Notes under the pieces: generated by a model
The model's database searches: none
What the model saw: only the letters and a program-made list of their open reading frames with translations
What the model was told of the DNA's origin: nothing
NCBI GenBank assembly: GCA_041672945.1
Contig: JBAYYR010000001.1
Location: 1 to 63,664 of the forward strand
Direction: 5' to 3'
Source of the DNA: Sulfurimonas sp.
Lineage (GTDB): Bacteria; Campylobacterota; Campylobacteria; Campylobacterales; Sulfurimonadaceae
DNA length: 63,664 nucleotides
Made by a program: the position numbers and the translations under genes
Shown here: positions 31,786 through 43,041 of the stretch, in pieces
Layout: every line of letters begins with the position of its first letter
Numbering within the stretch: the stretch's first letter is position 1

Positions 31786-32625
31786 ATGGCAATGAAAACT
31801 TATAAACCAACAAGTCCAGGTCGTCGTTTTATAACAAACATCGATAGTGGTGATATTACAGCAAAACCTAGTGTTAGATCACTCCTTATAAAGCTTCCAG
31901 CAACTGGCGGTAGAAATAACAACGGTCGTATCACTTCTCGTCATAAACAAAGAGGTGCTAAAAAGCTATATCGTCTTATAGATTTCAAAAGAAATAAGTT
32001 TGATATAGAGGGTAGAGTAGCTACTATAGAGTACGACCCATATAGAAACTGCCGTATCGCTTTAGTAAACTATATCGATGGTGAAAAAAGATACATCTTA
32101 GCACCACAAGATATAAAAGTAGGTGATAAAATAGTAGCTTCAACTAATGTTGTAGATATAAAAACAGGAAATGCACTAAAGCTTATCAATATACCTGTTG
32201 GTACACTTGTACACAACATTGAGCTAAAACCTGGTAAAGGTGGACAGATAGTTCGCTCAGCTGGTGGATCTGCTCAAATCATGGGTAGAGATGGTAAGTA
32301 TGTTTCTCTTCGTATGCCATCTTCTGAGATGAGACTTGTTTTAGGTGAGTGTATGGCTACTGTAGGTGAAGTAGGAAATGAAGAGTATATCAACATGGTA
32401 ATCGGTAAAGCTGGTAGAACTAGACATATGGGTATCCGTCCACAAACTCGTGGTTCGGCGATGAACCCTATAGATCACCCGCACGGTGGTGGTGAGGGTA
32501 AAACAAACTCAGGTCGTCATCCAGTTACTCCATGGGGTAAACCAACGAAGGGTTCTAAAACTCGTCGTAAAAAAGCAAGTGATAAACTAATAATCACTCG
32601 CCGTAAATCAAATCCAAAGAGGTAG
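31786..32625 (+). CDS. rplB: 50S ribosomal protein L2
   Basis: uL2 sequence ([14 protein letters not shown]). Confidence 0.98.
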   Translation: MAMKTYKPTSPGRRFITNIDSGDITAKPSVRSLLIKLPATGGRNNNGRITSRHKQRGAKKLYRLIDFKRNKFDIEGRVATIEYDPYRNCRIALVNYIDGEKRYILAPQDIKVGDKIVASTNVVDIKTGNALKLINIPVGTLVHNIELKPGKGGQIVRSAGGSAQIMGRDGKYVSLRMPSSEMRLVLGECMATVGEVGNEEYINMVIGKAGRTRHMGIRPQTRGSAMNPIDHPHGGGEGKTNSGRHPVTPWGKPTKGSKTRRKKASDKLIITRRKSNPKR

Positions 32626-32629
32626 TTAA

Positions 32630-32899
32630 ATGGCTAGAAGTGTAAAAAAAGGTCCATTTATAGATGATCATTTAATGAAAAAAATCGAGGGTGCAAAATC
32701 TTCTAAAAAACCGATCAAAACTTGGTCAAGAAGAAGTATGATACTCCCAGATATGGTTGGGCTAACTATAAATGTTCATGATGGTCGTAAATTTGTACCT
32801 GTATATGTAACAGAGAATCACATTGGGTATAAGTTGGGTGAATTTGCTCCAACTCGTACATTTAAGGGCCATAAAGGCTCAGTTCAGAGAAAAGGGTAA
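32630..32899 (+). CDS. rpsS: 30S ribosomal protein S19
   Basis: [12 protein letters not shown]... Confidence 0.98.
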   Translation: MARSVKKGPFIDDHLMKKIEGAKSSKKPIKTWSRRSMILPDMVGLTINVHDGRKFVPVYVTENHIGYKLGEFAPTRTFKGHKGSVQRKG

Positions 32900-33220
32900 A
32901 TGATGGCAAGAGCATTACTAAAATTTATCCGTGTTTCACCAATAAAATCTCGTCTAGTTGCTAGAGAGATTCAAGGTATGAATGCAGAAGAGGCACTAGC
33001 GGCATTAGAGTTTACTCCAAACAAAGCTGCTCGTATAATATATAAAGTTGTAGCTTCAGCAGTTGCAAATAGCGGAAATGAAGCAAAAGATTGTGTTATT
33101 ACATCTTGTCGTGTTGATAATGGTCCTGTTCTGAAAAGATTTCGTCCTCGTGCAAGAGGGATGGCATCAGGGATTAGAAAACCTACAGCACATATCTTAG
33201 TAGAAGTAGAGGGTAAATAG
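32900..33220 (+). CDS. rplV: 50S ribosomal protein L22
   Basis: uL22 sequence in the canonical position. Confidence 0.96.
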   Translation: MMARALLKFIRVSPIKSRLVAREIQGMNAEEALAALEFTPNKAARIIYKVVASAVANSGNEAKDCVITSCRVDNGPVLKRFRPRARGMASGIRKPTAHILVEVEGK

Positions 33221-33221
33221 T

Positions 33222-33944
33222 ATGGGTCAAAAAGTAAATCCTATCGGTCTTCGCCTTGGTATTAACCGTAACTGGGAGAGCAGATGGTTTCCAAATTTTA
33301 AAACCGCAGCTGCTTCACTAGGTGAAGATCACAAGATTCGTAAATATCTTAAAAAAGAGCTTTACTATGCTGGTGTTTCTAATATCATTATAGAGCGAAC
33401 AGTAAAAAAGCTTAGAGTAACTATAGTAGCTTCAAGACCAGGTATCATTATCGGTAAAAAAGGTGCAGATATTGAGAAGCTAAGACTAGAGCTAGAGAAA
33501 ATAGTAAGCAAACCTATCTCTTTAAACATTAAAGAGGAGAAAAAAGCTCAAATCTCTGCTCAGCTTGTAGCTGAAAATGTTGCTACTCAACTAGAGCGTC
33601 GTGTTGCATTTAGAAGAGCTATGAAAAAAGTTATGCAAAATGCACACAAAGGTGGAGCAAAGGGTATAAAAGTTTCAGTTAGTGGTCGTCTAGGCGGTGC
33701 TGAGATGGCTAGAACTGAGTGGTACCTAGAGGGTAGAGTTCCACTTCATACACTAAGAGCAAAAGTAGATTATGGTTTTGCTGAAGCTCACACAACTTAT
33801 GGTTGTATAGGTGTAAAAGTTTGGATATTTAAAGGTGAGGTTTTAACTAAGGGTATTCCTGCTGAGTTAAAAGAGGAAAAACCTGCTCAAGCTCGTCGTC
33901 CAAGAAAAAATCCAAAACGCGAAAATAGCGGAAAGGGTGAATAG
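33222..33944 (+). CDS. rpsC: 30S ribosomal protein S3
   Basis: [13 protein letters not shown]..., with a basic C-terminal tail. Confidence 0.98.
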   Translation: MGQKVNPIGLRLGINRNWESRWFPNFKTAAASLGEDHKIRKYLKKELYYAGVSNIIIERTVKKLRVTIVASRPGIIIGKKGADIEKLRLELEKIVSKPISLNIKEEKKAQISAQLVAENVATQLERRVAFRRAMKKVMQNAHKGGAKGIKVSVSGRLGGAEMARTEWYLEGRVPLHTLRAKVDYGFAEAHTTYGCIGVKVWIFKGEVLTKGIPAELKEEKPAQARRPRKNPKRENSGKGE

Positions 33945-33946
33945 TC

Positions 33947-34372
33947 ATGTTGATGCCAAAAAGAACAAAATATCGTAAGCAGATGAAGGGTCGTAACCGT
34001 GGTTATGCAAGAAGCGGTTTCTCTTTAGCTTATGGTGATATAGGTATAAAAGCTACTGAAGCTGGTAGAATAAACTCAAGACAGATAGAAGCGGGTCGTA
34101 TTACTGCTACTCGTCACATAAAAAGAGCTGGAAAGATTTGGATAAGAGTATTCCCAGATAAACCACTAACAGCTAAACCACTTGAAACTCGTATGGGTAA
34201 AGGTAAAGGTTCAGTAGATCAGTGGGTTATGAATATAAAACCAGGTCGTATAATATATGAGATGGCTGGTGTTCCAGAAGAGCTTGCTCGTGAAGCACTA
34301 ACTCTTGCTATGCACAAGATGCCATTTAAAACTAAAATTGTAACTGCGGAGATGAGCCATGAAATATTCTGA
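33947..34372 (+). CDS. rplP: 50S ribosomal protein L16
   Basis: [16 protein letters not shown]... Confidence 0.98.
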   Translation: MLMPKRTKYRKQMKGRNRGYARSGFSLAYGDIGIKATEAGRINSRQIEAGRITATRHIKRAGKIWIRVFPDKPLTAKPLETRMGKGKGSVDQWVMNIKPGRIIYEMAGVPEELAREALTLAMHKMPFKTKIVTAEMSHEIF

Positions 34373-34544
34373 TTTAGCAGGAAAAACTCTAGCTGAGCTT
34401 CAAGAGATGCTTAAGCAGAGAAAAACAGAGTTATTTACTCTAAAGATTAAAAAACAGATGATGCAACTACAAAATACAAGCGAACTTCGCATTGCAAAAA
34501 AAGATGTTGCTAGAATAAATACCGCAATAAGTGCGATAAAATAG
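34359..34544 (+). CDS. rpmC: 50S ribosomal protein L29
   Basis: 61-aa uL29 that overlaps rplP. Confidence 0.93.
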   Translation: MKYSDLAGKTLAELQEMLKQRKTELFTLKIKKQMMQLQNTSELRIAKKDVARINTAISAIK

Positions 34545-34553
34545 GGGCTAGCG

Positions 34554-34802
34554 ATGACACATAAGCGTGAAATTCAAGGTAGTGTGGTAAAGATTGCAGG
34601 CGATAAAACTGCTACTGTATTAGTAGAGCGTCGTGTAATGCATCCACGTTATCATAAAGTTGTAAAGCGTTTTAAAAAGTACTTAGTACATGATGAACGC
34701 AATGAGTTAAAAGTTGGTGATGAAGTTATAGCTACAGAGTGTCGCCCATTATCTAAGACTAAATCTTTTAGACTTAAAACAGTAGTATCAGGAGAGAAGT
34801 AA
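34554..34802 (+). CDS. rpsQ: 30S ribosomal protein S17
   Basis: uS17 sequence. Confidence 0.95.
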   Translation: MTHKREIQGSVVKIAGDKTATVLVERRVMHPRYHKVVKRFKKYLVHDERNELKVGDEVIATECRPLSKTKSFRLKTVVSGEK

Positions 34803-35170
34803 TGATTCAAAGTTTCACTCGTTTAAATGTTGCTGATAATACAGGTGCTAAAGAGATTATGTGTATTAAGGTATTAGGTGGATCTAAAAGACGATATGCA
34901 ACAGTTGGCGATGTAATAGTCGCATCTGTTAAAAAAGCTACACCTACATCAAGAGTTAAAAGAGGAAAGGTAGTTAAAGCTGTTATAGTTAGAACTGCTA
35001 AAGAGATCCAAAGAGAGAGTGGTGCACTTATCCGTTTTGATGATAATGCCGCTGTTATCTTAGATGATAAAAGAGAGCCAATAGGTACTCGTATATTTGG
35101 ACCAATTGCTCGTGAAGTTAGATATTCAGGTTTTATGAAGATAGTTTCACTTGCACCGGAGGTTGTGTAA
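34802..35170 (+). CDS. rplN: 50S ribosomal protein L14
   Basis: [18 protein letters not shown]... Confidence 0.98.
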   Translation: MIQSFTRLNVADNTGAKEIMCIKVLGGSKRRYATVGDVIVASVKKATPTSRVKRGKVVKAVIVRTAKEIQRESGALIRFDDNAAVILDDKREPIGTRIFGPIAREVRYSGFMKIVSLAPEVV

Positions 35171-35400
35171 TGGCAAAGCTAAAGATAAAAAAAGGTGATA
35201 TGGTAGAGGTAATCGCTGGAGATGATAAAGGCAAAAAAGCTGTAGTTCTTCAAGTGTTACCAAAGAAAAACCAAGTAGTTGTTGAGGGTTGTAAAGTAGT
35301 AAAAAAAGCTACTAAACCAACTGAAAATAATACTAAAGGTGGACATATAAATAAAGAGATGCCGATCGATATCTCTAATGTTCGCAAAGTGGAGGCTTAA
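35170..35400 (+). CDS. rplX: 50S ribosomal protein L24
   Basis: Short (76 aa) uL24, as in other Campylobacterota. Confidence 0.93.
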   Translation: MAKLKIKKGDMVEVIAGDDKGKKAVVLQVLPKKNQVVVEGCKVVKKATKPTENNTKGGHINKEMPIDISNVRKVEA

Positions 35401-35402
35401 TT

Positions 35403-35954
35403 ATGGCTCGTTTAAAAGATAAATACTTAGCTCTTAAACCTGAGCTTCAAAGTGAATTGGGTTTAAGCAATGTTATGCAGATACCAGAGATTGAGAAGAT
35501 AATCATATCTGTTGGTGCTGGTTTTGCTATGAAAGATAACAAGCTTATGCAAAACATAGAAGATACTATCACTAAAATAGCTGGTCAAAAAGCTAGTACG
35601 ATAGTAGCTAAAAAATCGGTTGCTGGTTTTAAAGTTCGTGAGGGTATGCCTGTTGGTGTTAGAGTAACTCTAAGAGGCGAAAATATGTACAACTTTTTAG
35701 ACCGCCTTATCTCTATAGCACTTCCTCGTGTTAAAGACTTTAGAGGTGTTGCTAGAAACGGTTTTGATGGTAGAGGAAACTACAACTTTGGTATACAAGA
35801 ACAACTGATTTTCCCTGAAGTTAGTTATGACTCAATCATGCAAATACATGGTATGAATATAACAGTAGTAACTACTGCAGATAACGATAAAGCAGCGTTT
35901 ACACTACTAGAAAAAATGGGTATGCCATTTACTAAAGGGAGCAACAATGGCTAA
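35403..35954 (+). CDS. rplE: 50S ribosomal protein L5
   Basis: uL5 sequence. Confidence 0.97.
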   Translation: MARLKDKYLALKPELQSELGLSNVMQIPEIEKIIISVGAGFAMKDNKLMQNIEDTITKIAGQKASTIVAKKSVAGFKVREGMPVGVRVTLRGENMYNFLDRLISIALPRVKDFRGVARNGFDGRGNYNFGIQEQLIFPEVSYDSIMQIHGMNITVVTTADNDKAAFTLLEKMGMPFTKGSNNG

Positions 35955-36132
35955 AAAGTCAATGATAGTAAAAGCAGCAAGAGAGCCTAAGTTTAAGGTT
36001 AGAGGATATACAAGATGTCAAGTTTGTGGTCGTCCACACTCTGTTATAAGAGATTTTAAACTATGTCGTGTATGTTTTAGAAAAATGGCAAATGAGGGTC
36101 TTATCCCAGGCGTTAGAAAGTCAAGCTGGTAA
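35947..36132 (+). CDS. rpsN: 30S ribosomal protein S14, zinc-binding type Z
   Basis: 61 aa with [20 protein letters not shown] (CxxC...CxxC). Confidence 0.96.
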   Translation: MAKKSMIVKAAREPKFKVRGYTRCQVCGRPHSVIRDFKLCRVCFRKMANEGLIPGVRKSSW

Positions 36133-36170
36133 GCTTTGAAACTACTAGTGATTAGCAAAGGAAAAATATA

Positions 36171-36566
36171 ATGGTAAATGATTTAGTAGCAGATGCACTA
36201 ACTCGTATCAGAAATGCTGGTATGAGAAGACTAGACACAACTGTACTTCTTCACTCAAAAGGTGTTGAGTCACTTGTAAATATTCTAGTTGAGAAAAATT
36301 ACATCGAGAGTTGTAATGTTGTAGAGGATGGTGCTAAAAAAAGCATCAATGTTGTTTTAAAGTATGGTGAGAATGGTAGAAGTGTTATCAATGAGATAAA
36401 AAGAGTTTCAAAACCAGGTCGCCGTGTTTATAAAGGTAGAGATGAGATAAAAAGATTTAAAAATGGCTATGGTACTATCATAGTATCTACATCTCGTGGA
36501 ATTTTGCCAAATGACAAAGCTTTTGAGCTTGGTGTTGGTGGCGAAGTTATGTGTACGGTTTGGTAA
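36171..36566 (+). CDS. rpsH: 30S ribosomal protein S8
   Basis: uS8 sequence. Confidence 0.97.
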   Translation: MVNDLVADALTRIRNAGMRRLDTTVLLHSKGVESLVNILVEKNYIESCNVVEDGAKKSINVVLKYGENGRSVINEIKRVSKPGRRVYKGRDEIKRFKNGYGTIIVSTSRGILPNDKAFELGVGGEVMCTVW

Positions 36567-36575
36567 GGAGAAGAT

Positions 36576-37112
36576 ATGTCAAGAATTGGTAAAGCACCTA
36601 TAGATTTTGCTTCAGATATATCTGTAAGCACAAATGGAAATATCATCACTTTTACTAAAGGTAAACACAAAATAGACCTAGATACAAAAGGTCATGTTGG
36701 GTTTGATATAGATGGAAATGTACTAACTTTTAAAGCACTCTCAGATGCAAAAGAGCATCGTGCTTTTTGGGGAACATATAGATCTTTAGCTTATAACATC
36801 GTAACAGGACTAACTACTGGCTATACAAAAACACTTGAGATAAACGGTGTTGGTTATAGAGCTAGTGTAAATGGAAAAATCCTTAAACTTCAACTTGGGT
36901 TCTCTCACGATATAGATTTTGAGATGCCAGAGGGTAGTGAGGCTAGTGTTGAGAAAAATATTATTACACTAAAAAGCCACGATAAGCAACTTTTAGGTCA
37001 AATAGCATCAAAAATAAGATCTTATAGACCACCAGAGCCGTATAAAGGTAAAGGTATAAAATATAGTGATGAAGTTATCATGCGTAAAGCTGGTAAAACT
37101 TCTAAAAAGTAA
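36576..37112 (+). CDS. rplF: 50S ribosomal protein L6
   Basis: MSRIGKAPI... Confidence 0.97.
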   Translation: MSRIGKAPIDFASDISVSTNGNIITFTKGKHKIDLDTKGHVGFDIDGNVLTFKALSDAKEHRAFWGTYRSLAYNIVTGLTTGYTKTLEINGVGYRASVNGKILKLQLGFSHDIDFEMPEGSEASVEKNIITLKSHDKQLLGQIASKIRSYRPPEPYKGKGIKYSDEVIMRKAGKTSKK

Positions 37113-37122
37113 GGGAGTATAG

Positions 37123-37479
37123 ATGAATGCAAAAGTATTAAGAAGCAAGATTGCAAACCGTTTAAGAAGAAAACGAAGCATTCGTGCAAAGATTTCTGGT
37201 TCTGAGTCTCTACCTCGTGTAAGCATATTTCGCTCAAATAGATTTTTAAGTGTACAAGCTATAAATGATGAATCTGGTGTAACACTAGCAAGTGCTAACA
37301 CTAAAAAAATCGGTAAATCAGCAAACAAAGACTCAGCTTCTGAGCTAGGTAGAGTTTTTGCAGATGAGCTTAAGAAAGCTGGTATCTCAAATATAGTATT
37401 TGATAGAAATGGCTATAAATATCATGGTGTTATTGCGGCATTTGGTGATGCGCTTCGACAAAATGAAATAAAGTTCTAG
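37123..37479 (+). CDS. rplR: 50S ribosomal protein L18
   Basis: uL18 sequence. Confidence 0.95.
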   Translation: MNAKVLRSKIANRLRRKRSIRAKISGSESLPRVSIFRSNRFLSVQAINDESGVTLASANTKKIGKSANKDSASELGRVFADELKKAGISNIVFDRNGYKYHGVIAAFGDALRQNEIKF

Positions 37480-37487
37480 GGGTTAAA

Positions 37488-37928
37488 ATGCAAATCAATA
37501 AAGAAGAATTTACAGAATCAATCGTAAATATTGGCCGTGTAACAAAAGTTGTTAAGGGTGGTAGAAGATTTCGTTTTACAGCTCTAGTAGTTGTTGGAGA
37601 TGGTAAAGGTACTGTAGGTTATGGTAGTGGAAAAGCAAAAGAGGTTCCAGATGCTATAAAAAAAGCAGTAGATAGTGCTTTTAAAAACCTAACAAAAATC
37701 AATATCAGAGGTACAACAATAGCTCACGATATAGAACACAAATATAATGCTAGTCGTGTTATACTAAAACCAGCATCTGAGGGTACTGGGGTTATAGCGG
37801 GTGGTTCTATAAGACCTGTTTTAGAGCTTGCAGGTATCAAAGATATTTTGACAAAATCGATAGGATCAAACAACTCAGCAACTGTTGTTCGTGCTACTAT
37901 TGAAGCACTTGGTCGCTTAAAAGGATAG
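37488..37928 (+). CDS. rpsE: 30S ribosomal protein S5
   Basis: [23 protein letters not shown]. Confidence 0.97.
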   Translation: MQINKEEFTESIVNIGRVTKVVKGGRRFRFTALVVVGDGKGTVGYGSGKAKEVPDAIKKAVDSAFKNLTKINIRGTTIAHDIEHKYNASRVILKPASEGTGVIAGGSIRPVLELAGIKDILTKSIGSNNSATVVRATIEALGRLKG

Positions 37929-37931
37929 GTT

Positions 37932-38336
37932 ATGGGAATAGAAAATTTAACTCCAGCTGAGGGTTCAGTTAGAAAATCAAAAAGAGTAGGCCGCGGTCAA
38001 GGTAGTGGTATGGGTAAAACCTCTACTCGCGGTGGTAAAGGTCAAACTGCTAGAAGTGGTAGTAAAAGAAAAAGAGGCTTTGAGGGTGGTCAAACACCAC
38101 TAGCTAGAAGACTACCAAAAGTAGGTTTTACTAGTAGAGTTATCAAGCCTTATGCTATAAATGTCGATAAACTTGAGAGTGTAGCAACACTAGATGAGAT
38201 AACTTTGGATACTCTAAGAACTGTTCACAAGTTTGCTTCATCTATAACAAAAGTAAAACTAATCGGCAAAGGTGCAAAAGATCTTGCATCTAAAATCAAA
38301 GACGAAAATATTACTTATACAGGTAAAGAGTCGTGA
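37932..38336 (+). CDS. rplO: 50S ribosomal protein L15
   Basis: uL15 sequence ([19 protein letters not shown]). Confidence 0.96.
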   Translation: MGIENLTPAEGSVRKSKRVGRGQGSGMGKTSTRGGKGQTARSGSKRKRGFEGGQTPLARRLPKVGFTSRVIKPYAINVDKLESVATLDEITLDTLRTVHKFASSITKVKLIGKGAKDLASKIKDENITYTGKES

Positions 38337-39595
38337 ATAAAAACTTAGTAAACAAAATCCTTATCACCATAGGTTTTTTGTTTATCTATCGCCTACTGGC
38401 ATATGTGCCAGTGCCAGGTGTAGATACTGCTGTTATATCCTCATTTTTTAGTTCACATCAAGCCGATGCACTCGGACTTTTCAATATGTTTAGTGGTAAT
38501 GCCGTAGAGAGAATGTCTATCATCGCTCTTGGGATTATGCCATATATCACTGCTTCGATTATTATGGAGCTTTTAGCGGCGACTTTTCCTGCTATGGGTG
38601 CTATGAAAAAAGAGCGAGATGGTATGGTTAAATATATGCAGATTATCCGCTATGCAACTATAGCTATAACAGTGGTTCAGGCCATAGGTATAAGTATAGG
38701 ACTTCAACATCTAACTGGTCCAAATGGGAATAGTGCGATACTAATAGACTTAAATACATTTATACTTGTAGCTAGTGTATCGATGCTTGCAGGAACAATG
38801 CTTTTGATGTGGATAGGTGAGCAGATAACACAAAGTGGGATAGGAAATGGTATATCGCTTATAATCTTTGCAGGTATAGTCTCAGCGATACCAAGTGCTA
38901 TAGGACAAGCTTTTTCTATGGTAAATACTGGTGCTATGAGCTTTTTTGTACTACTTGCTATTATTGCACTAATCGTTGTAACCATAGGTGTTATCATCTA
39001 TGTTGAACTAGGTGAGAGAAGAGTCCCTGTAACTTATGCTAAAAAAGTTATTATGCAAAACCAAAACAAAAGAGTGATGAACTATATACCTATAAAAGTG
39101 AACTTATCGGGTGTTATACCTGTTATTTTTGCTAGTGCTATTTTAATGTTCCCTATGACTGTGCTATCAAGTAGTACTAGCCCTATTTTGCTAGGTATTG
39201 CTGATTATTTAAATCCAAATAGTCACTTTTTTAACTTTTTAACTTTTGTGTTTGTTGTGTTTTTTGCATTTTTCTATGCATCTATCACTTTTAACTCAAA
39301 AGATATAGCCGATAACCTTAAAAAACAGGGTGGATTTATCCCTGGCATAAGAACAGGGAGTGCTACAGCTGATTATCTAAATGCAACCGCTAGTAACCTA
39401 ACAATTACAGGGGCGCTTTACTTAGGACTTGTTGCAACACTACCTTTTATGCTTATAAAATCTATGGGTGTTCCATTTTTCTTTGGTGGTACCGCTGTGC
39501 TTATTGTTGTTCAAGTTGCACTAGATACTATGAGAAAAATAGAGGCTCAAATCTATATGAGTAAGTACGAAACACTTAGTGCTGTTGGTCTATAG
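38333..39595 (+). CDS. secY: preprotein translocase subunit SecY
   Basis: A 420-aa polytopic SecY sequence. The GTG start overlaps the rplO stop. Confidence 0.97.
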   Translation: MNKNLVNKILITIGFLFIYRLLAYVPVPGVDTAVISSFFSSHQADALGLFNMFSGNAVERMSIIALGIMPYITASIIMELLAATFPAMGAMKKERDGMVKYMQIIRYATIAITVVQAIGISIGLQHLTGPNGNSAILIDLNTFILVASVSMLAGTMLLMWIGEQITQSGIGNGISLIIFAGIVSAIPSAIGQAFSMVNTGAMSFFVLLAIIALIVVTIGVIIYVELGERRVPVTYAKKVIMQNQNKRVMNYIPIKVNLSGVIPVIFASAILMFPMTVLSSSTSPILLGIADYLNPNSHFFNFLTFVFVVFFAFFYASITFNSKDIADNLKKQGGFIPGIRTGSATADYLNATASNLTITGALYLGLVATLPFMLIKSMGVPFFFGGTAVLIVVQVALDTMRKIEAQIYMSKYETLSAVGL

Positions 39596-40360
39596 ATGTC
39601 GATTAACCTTAGAAGTTTAAAAGATATATCTAAACTCCACGATGCCAATAAAATAGTGGCATCGGCACTAGAACTCCTCAGACAAAACACAAAATCTGGT
39701 ATATCATTAAAAGAGCTAGATGCTATGGCAGAAGATCATATCAGAAGCTTTGGTGCAAAACCCTCTTTTAAGGGGCTATACGGTTTTCCTAACTCTGTTT
39801 GCACATCTGTAAATGAAGTAATAATCCACGGTATCCCAACTGATTATAAGCTAAAAGATGGCGATATTGTAGGGTATGATATAGGCACAGAGCTTGATGG
39901 ATGGTTTGGCGATGCTGCTATAACTCTTGGAGTTGGAGAGATCACTAAAGAGGATGAGAAGCTTATCGCTTGTGCCAAAGATACACTTTATGAGGCTATT
40001 GAGGCTATAGAGGTTGGCATGAGATTTAAAGAGCTATCGGCACTACTAGAGAACTCTATAAGATCTAAAGGCTTTGTGCCACTACATAGTTTTTGTGGTC
40101 ATGGGATAGGTAGAAAACCTCATGAGGAGCCTGAGATACCAAACTACCTTGAGGTTGGAAGTGCTAAAGCTGGACCAAAGATAAGAAACGGAATGGTTTT
40201 TTGTCTTGAGCCGATGATATGTCAAACCGACTCAAGACCTGTAATACTTGAAAACAAGTGGGATGTTGTTAGTGCAGATGGACTAAAGGGATCCCACTAT
40301 GAGCATACTGTCGCTATAGTTGATGGCAGAGCTAAAATATTATCTACATTGAAGGACTAA
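39596..40360 (+). CDS. map: type I methionine aminopeptidase
   Basis: Has the metal ligands D..D..H..E..E in a Map-type sequence. It follows secY directly, with no adk. Confidence 0.95.
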   Translation: MSINLRSLKDISKLHDANKIVASALELLRQNTKSGISLKELDAMAEDHIRSFGAKPSFKGLYGFPNSVCTSVNEVIIHGIPTDYKLKDGDIVGYDIGTELDGWFGDAAITLGVGEITKEDEKLIACAKDTLYEAIEAIEVGMRFKELSALLENSIRSKGFVPLHSFCGHGIGRKPHEEPEIPNYLEVGSAKAGPKIRNGMVFCLEPMICQTDSRPVILENKWDVVSADGLKGSHYEHTVAIVDGRAKILSTLKD

Positions 40361-40361
40361 A

Positions 40362-40580
40362 ATGGCTAAATCTGATGTTATTGAAGTTGATGGCAAGATT
40401 GTTGAGGCTCTGCCAAATGCAACTTTTAGAGTTGAGCTTGAAAATGGACATATAATACTATGTCACATAGCTGGAAAGATGCGAATGCACTATATAAGAA
40501 TACTTCCAGGGGATAAAGTCAAGCTTGAACTTACACCATATTCGCTCGATAAAGGTAGAATCACTTATAGATATAAGTGA
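40362..40580 (+). CDS. infA: translation initiation factor IF-1
   Basis: 72 aa: [30 protein letters not shown]... Confidence 0.98.
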   Translation: MAKSDVIEVDGKIVEALPNATFRVELENGHIILCHIAGKMRMHYIRILPGDKVKLELTPYSLDKGRITYRYK

Positions 40581-40602
40581 TTTTATCTATGATCTTTACT
40601 AC

Positions 40603-40896
40603 TTAAAATGCATTTCTATTTCTAAACTCTTCTATCTCTACTTCACTCATCCTATCTATCATAAACTCAAAAAGCTCAGAGACAAGGTTTGGTGATATCT
40701 CTTTTGCAATAGCGAGTTGTCTTACACGATGGAGTATAAAATCTATCCTATCTTGTGCTTTAACCTCGTCTATAGTGTTTTTAAACGATGCGACTTGTCT
40801 TAAAAGATGAGACCTTTTAGCTATTAGCTCAACTAACTCATCATCTAGCTTATCTATCTCTTCTCTTATTTGGCTTAGTGAATCAAACTTTTTCAT
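40603..40896 (-). CDS. stand-alone AroQ-class (type II) chorismate mutase-like protein
   Basis: 97 aa. IREEIDKLDDELVELIAKRSHL...VKAQDRIDFIL fits the CM_2 pattern. An isochorismate-pyruvate-lyase function cannot be excluded. Confidence 0.6.
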   Translation of the reverse strand: MKKFDSLSQIREEIDKLDDELVELIAKRSHLLRQVASFKNTIDEVKAQDRIDFILHRVRQLAIAKEISPNLVSELFEFMIDRMSEVEIEEFRNRNAF

Positions 40897-41740
40897 CTTT
40901 TTCTCCTAGATATATTCCGCTATCTTTTATAGTTATGATTTTATCATCACTTAGCTTAGTAAGAGTAGCTTTGTAGAGTTTTTTGCTAAGCCCAAATACT
41001 TCATATATAAGCTCAGGTGATGTTTTGTAGTTGTACGCTAAAGAGCCTCTGTTTTGTTTTAAAAGAGCTATGATTTTTGAACTAGCATCGTTTTTTTGCT
41101 CTTTTTTATCTTTTTGAAGCTTTATATCTAAGAGTCTATCGTTTCGTACCTTTTTTATATAGCCATCAAGTGTAACTGCTAACTCTATAGGTGAAAATAT
41201 CTCATTATGATAAATTAGCCCTAAAAATCTACCATCAACTAGCACTTTATAACCTAGATCAGTTTTTTGATAGGGTGTGATATTGACTTTTTGGTCTATT
41301 TTTAGTTTAAATATATCATTAGAGATATCTTGCGATAGTTTTGTAGTAGCTACTAATCTGTGAGTTTTCTCATCATATACAACTTTAGCCAAAACAGTGT
41401 CGCCAACTTTTAGTGGGTGTTTTTGAAGCTTAGTTGGGATAAGCAGATCTTTAGGCAGACCCCAATCAACAAAAACACCAAACTTAGCACTATCTACCAC
41501 CTTAAAAACACCTAGCTCATCTAGCATAGCTTTTGGTTTTAGGGTAGTAGCTACTAGTCTATCTTCAGAGTCGGTGTATAAAAATACATCAACTTCATAC
41601 CCAACTTCCATATCTTTTGTTACATAGGCATTTGGAAGAAGCACCTCTTTTTCATCAAGCGAAGCTAAAACTACACCAAACTCTATAACACGAACTACTT
41701 GTAGTCTGTTTATTTTGCCTAAAACTAAATGTTTATTCAT
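40883..41740 (-). CDS. CvfB/YitL-family S1-like RNA-binding protein
   Basis: 285 aa with repeated S1-like barrels plus a C-terminal winged-helix-like segment. Confidence 0.65.
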   Translation of the reverse strand: MNKHLVLGKINRLQVVRVIEFGVVLASLDEKEVLLPNAYVTKDMEVGYEVDVFLYTDSEDRLVATTLKPKAMLDELGVFKVVDSAKFGVFVDWGLPKDLLIPTKLQKHPLKVGDTVLAKVVYDEKTHRLVATTKLSQDISNDIFKLKIDQKVNITPYQKTDLGYKVLVDGRFLGLIYHNEIFSPIELAVTLDGYIKKVRNDRLLDIKLQKDKKEQKNDASSKIIALLKQNRGSLAYNYKTSPELIYEVFGLSKKLYKATLTKLSDDKIITIKDSGIYLGEKDEKV

Positions 41741-41747
41741 ATTTTTC

Positions 41748-42998
41748 CTAATATATCATCTTGATGCCAAGCTTGTTAGCATATGAGCTTACCATAGCTC
41801 TCTCAAAATCGTTATTTGTTGAGTAGTTGTAGCCAAATGTTTCATTCCAAAGCTCATGCTCTTCCATGCAAAGATAGAAAAATACCTCTTTGTGCCACGG
41901 TTTAAATGACTCATAGGCATGTTTAAACATCTCTACTTTAGTCTCTTTTGGGTATGAGCTTTTTCCACTTGCATCTTCAAATGGCATCTGTGTTATTTTG
42001 CTCTTTAGCCCTCTATTTCTAAGCACTTTTATAACAGGTTTTATAAAAGTTAGTGTCCCAAAACTAACAAGTGCCACCTCGCTTGAGCTAAACATATCTA
42101 GCACTTTATCATAAAGCTCTTTATATTCAGCTAGATAGTTTTCATACTCAACTATAGGGTGAAAATGAAACCCCACTTTATACCCTTTGTTAGCAACTTC
42201 TCTAGCAGCTTTTAGCCTTTTTTCTAAAGATGCACTTAGATGCTCTTCGTTTTGAACTATAGTGTTAGTATTTAGCGACCATGTTGGTAAGATATTTTTT
42301 ACTAAAGGGTTCTCTAGTAAGTAAGAGATGTTGTTTGATTTGGTTTTAAACTCAAGGATTACATTTTCATGCGATTTTGCAAAATCAAAAAGTGCATCTA
42401 AAACACCCTCTTTATTGCCAAAAAGGAGTGAATCAGATGATTGTCCTGTACCTATATGGTACATCTGGTTTTTATCTAGTTCTAAAGAGCTTAGTTTTTT
42501 GGCAAATGAGGCATCAAATGTTATGGTATTTTGGTTGTAAAATGATTGTATAGAGCAGTATGAGCAGTCAAATCCACAACTCTCAATCGCATCAAGGGTT
42601 AAAAGATTACAACATCTTGTTTTCTCACTCGCTACAGGACAGGCTCCAAGTCCAAAACTGCTATCTTCTTTGGTTTTAAAGTTAAATTTTTGCTCATCTG
42701 GCGGTACATAAGCTTCAAAGTTTTTATAGGAGTTTTTCTTAACTCTTAGCTCTTCATAGCTTTGGATTAGTTTTTTAAAACTTAGTTTTGGATGATCTGT
42801 AAATATATCAAAAACTCTCCCCTCGTCCCACATCTGGATATCTCTAGCGATAGAGATGAGTTGTAGGATTTGTGAGTGAGAGTAGTTATATATGTGTGAC
42901 TTATCTTTTATGAACTCTTGTTCATATGTTGGAAGTTTATAAAATATGGTGTTTTTTATGGTGTTATTAAACTTATCGCTGTAGTTATTCATAAGCAA
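41748..42998 (-). CDS. radical SAM protein of the spore-photoproduct-lyase (SplB)-like family
   Basis: 416 aa. The cluster motif CGFDCSYC (Cx3Cx2C) is at residues 141-148. The overall resemblance to the COG1533 family is from memory. Confidence 0.55.
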   Translation of the reverse strand: MLMNNYSDKFNNTIKNTIFYKLPTYEQEFIKDKSHIYNYSHSQILQLISIARDIQMWDEGRVFDIFTDHPKLSFKKLIQSYEELRVKKNSYKNFEAYVPPDEQKFNFKTKEDSSFGLGACPVASEKTRCCNLLTLDAIESCGFDCSYCSIQSFYNQNTITFDASFAKKLSSLELDKNQMYHIGTGQSSDSLLFGNKEGVLDALFDFAKSHENVILEFKTKSNNISYLLENPLVKNILPTWSLNTNTIVQNEEHLSASLEKRLKAAREVANKGYKVGFHFHPIVEYENYLAEYKELYDKVLDMFSSSEVALVSFGTLTFIKPVIKVLRNRGLKSKITQMPFEDASGKSSYPKETKVEMFKHAYESFKPWHKEVFFYLCMEEHELWNETFGYNYSTNNDFERAMVSSYANKLGIKMIY

Positions 42999-43011
42999 AT
43001 AATAACATAAA

Positions 43012-43035
43012 TCACCCTAAAAAGATTTAGGGTGA
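43012..43035 (-). terminator. rho-independent terminator after the cytochrome c gene
   Basis: A perfect 10-bp stem TCACCCTAAA/TTTAGGGTGA with a 4-nt loop. On the minus strand it is followed by TTTATGTTATTATTT. Confidence 0.7.
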
Positions 43036-43041
43036 GTATGC

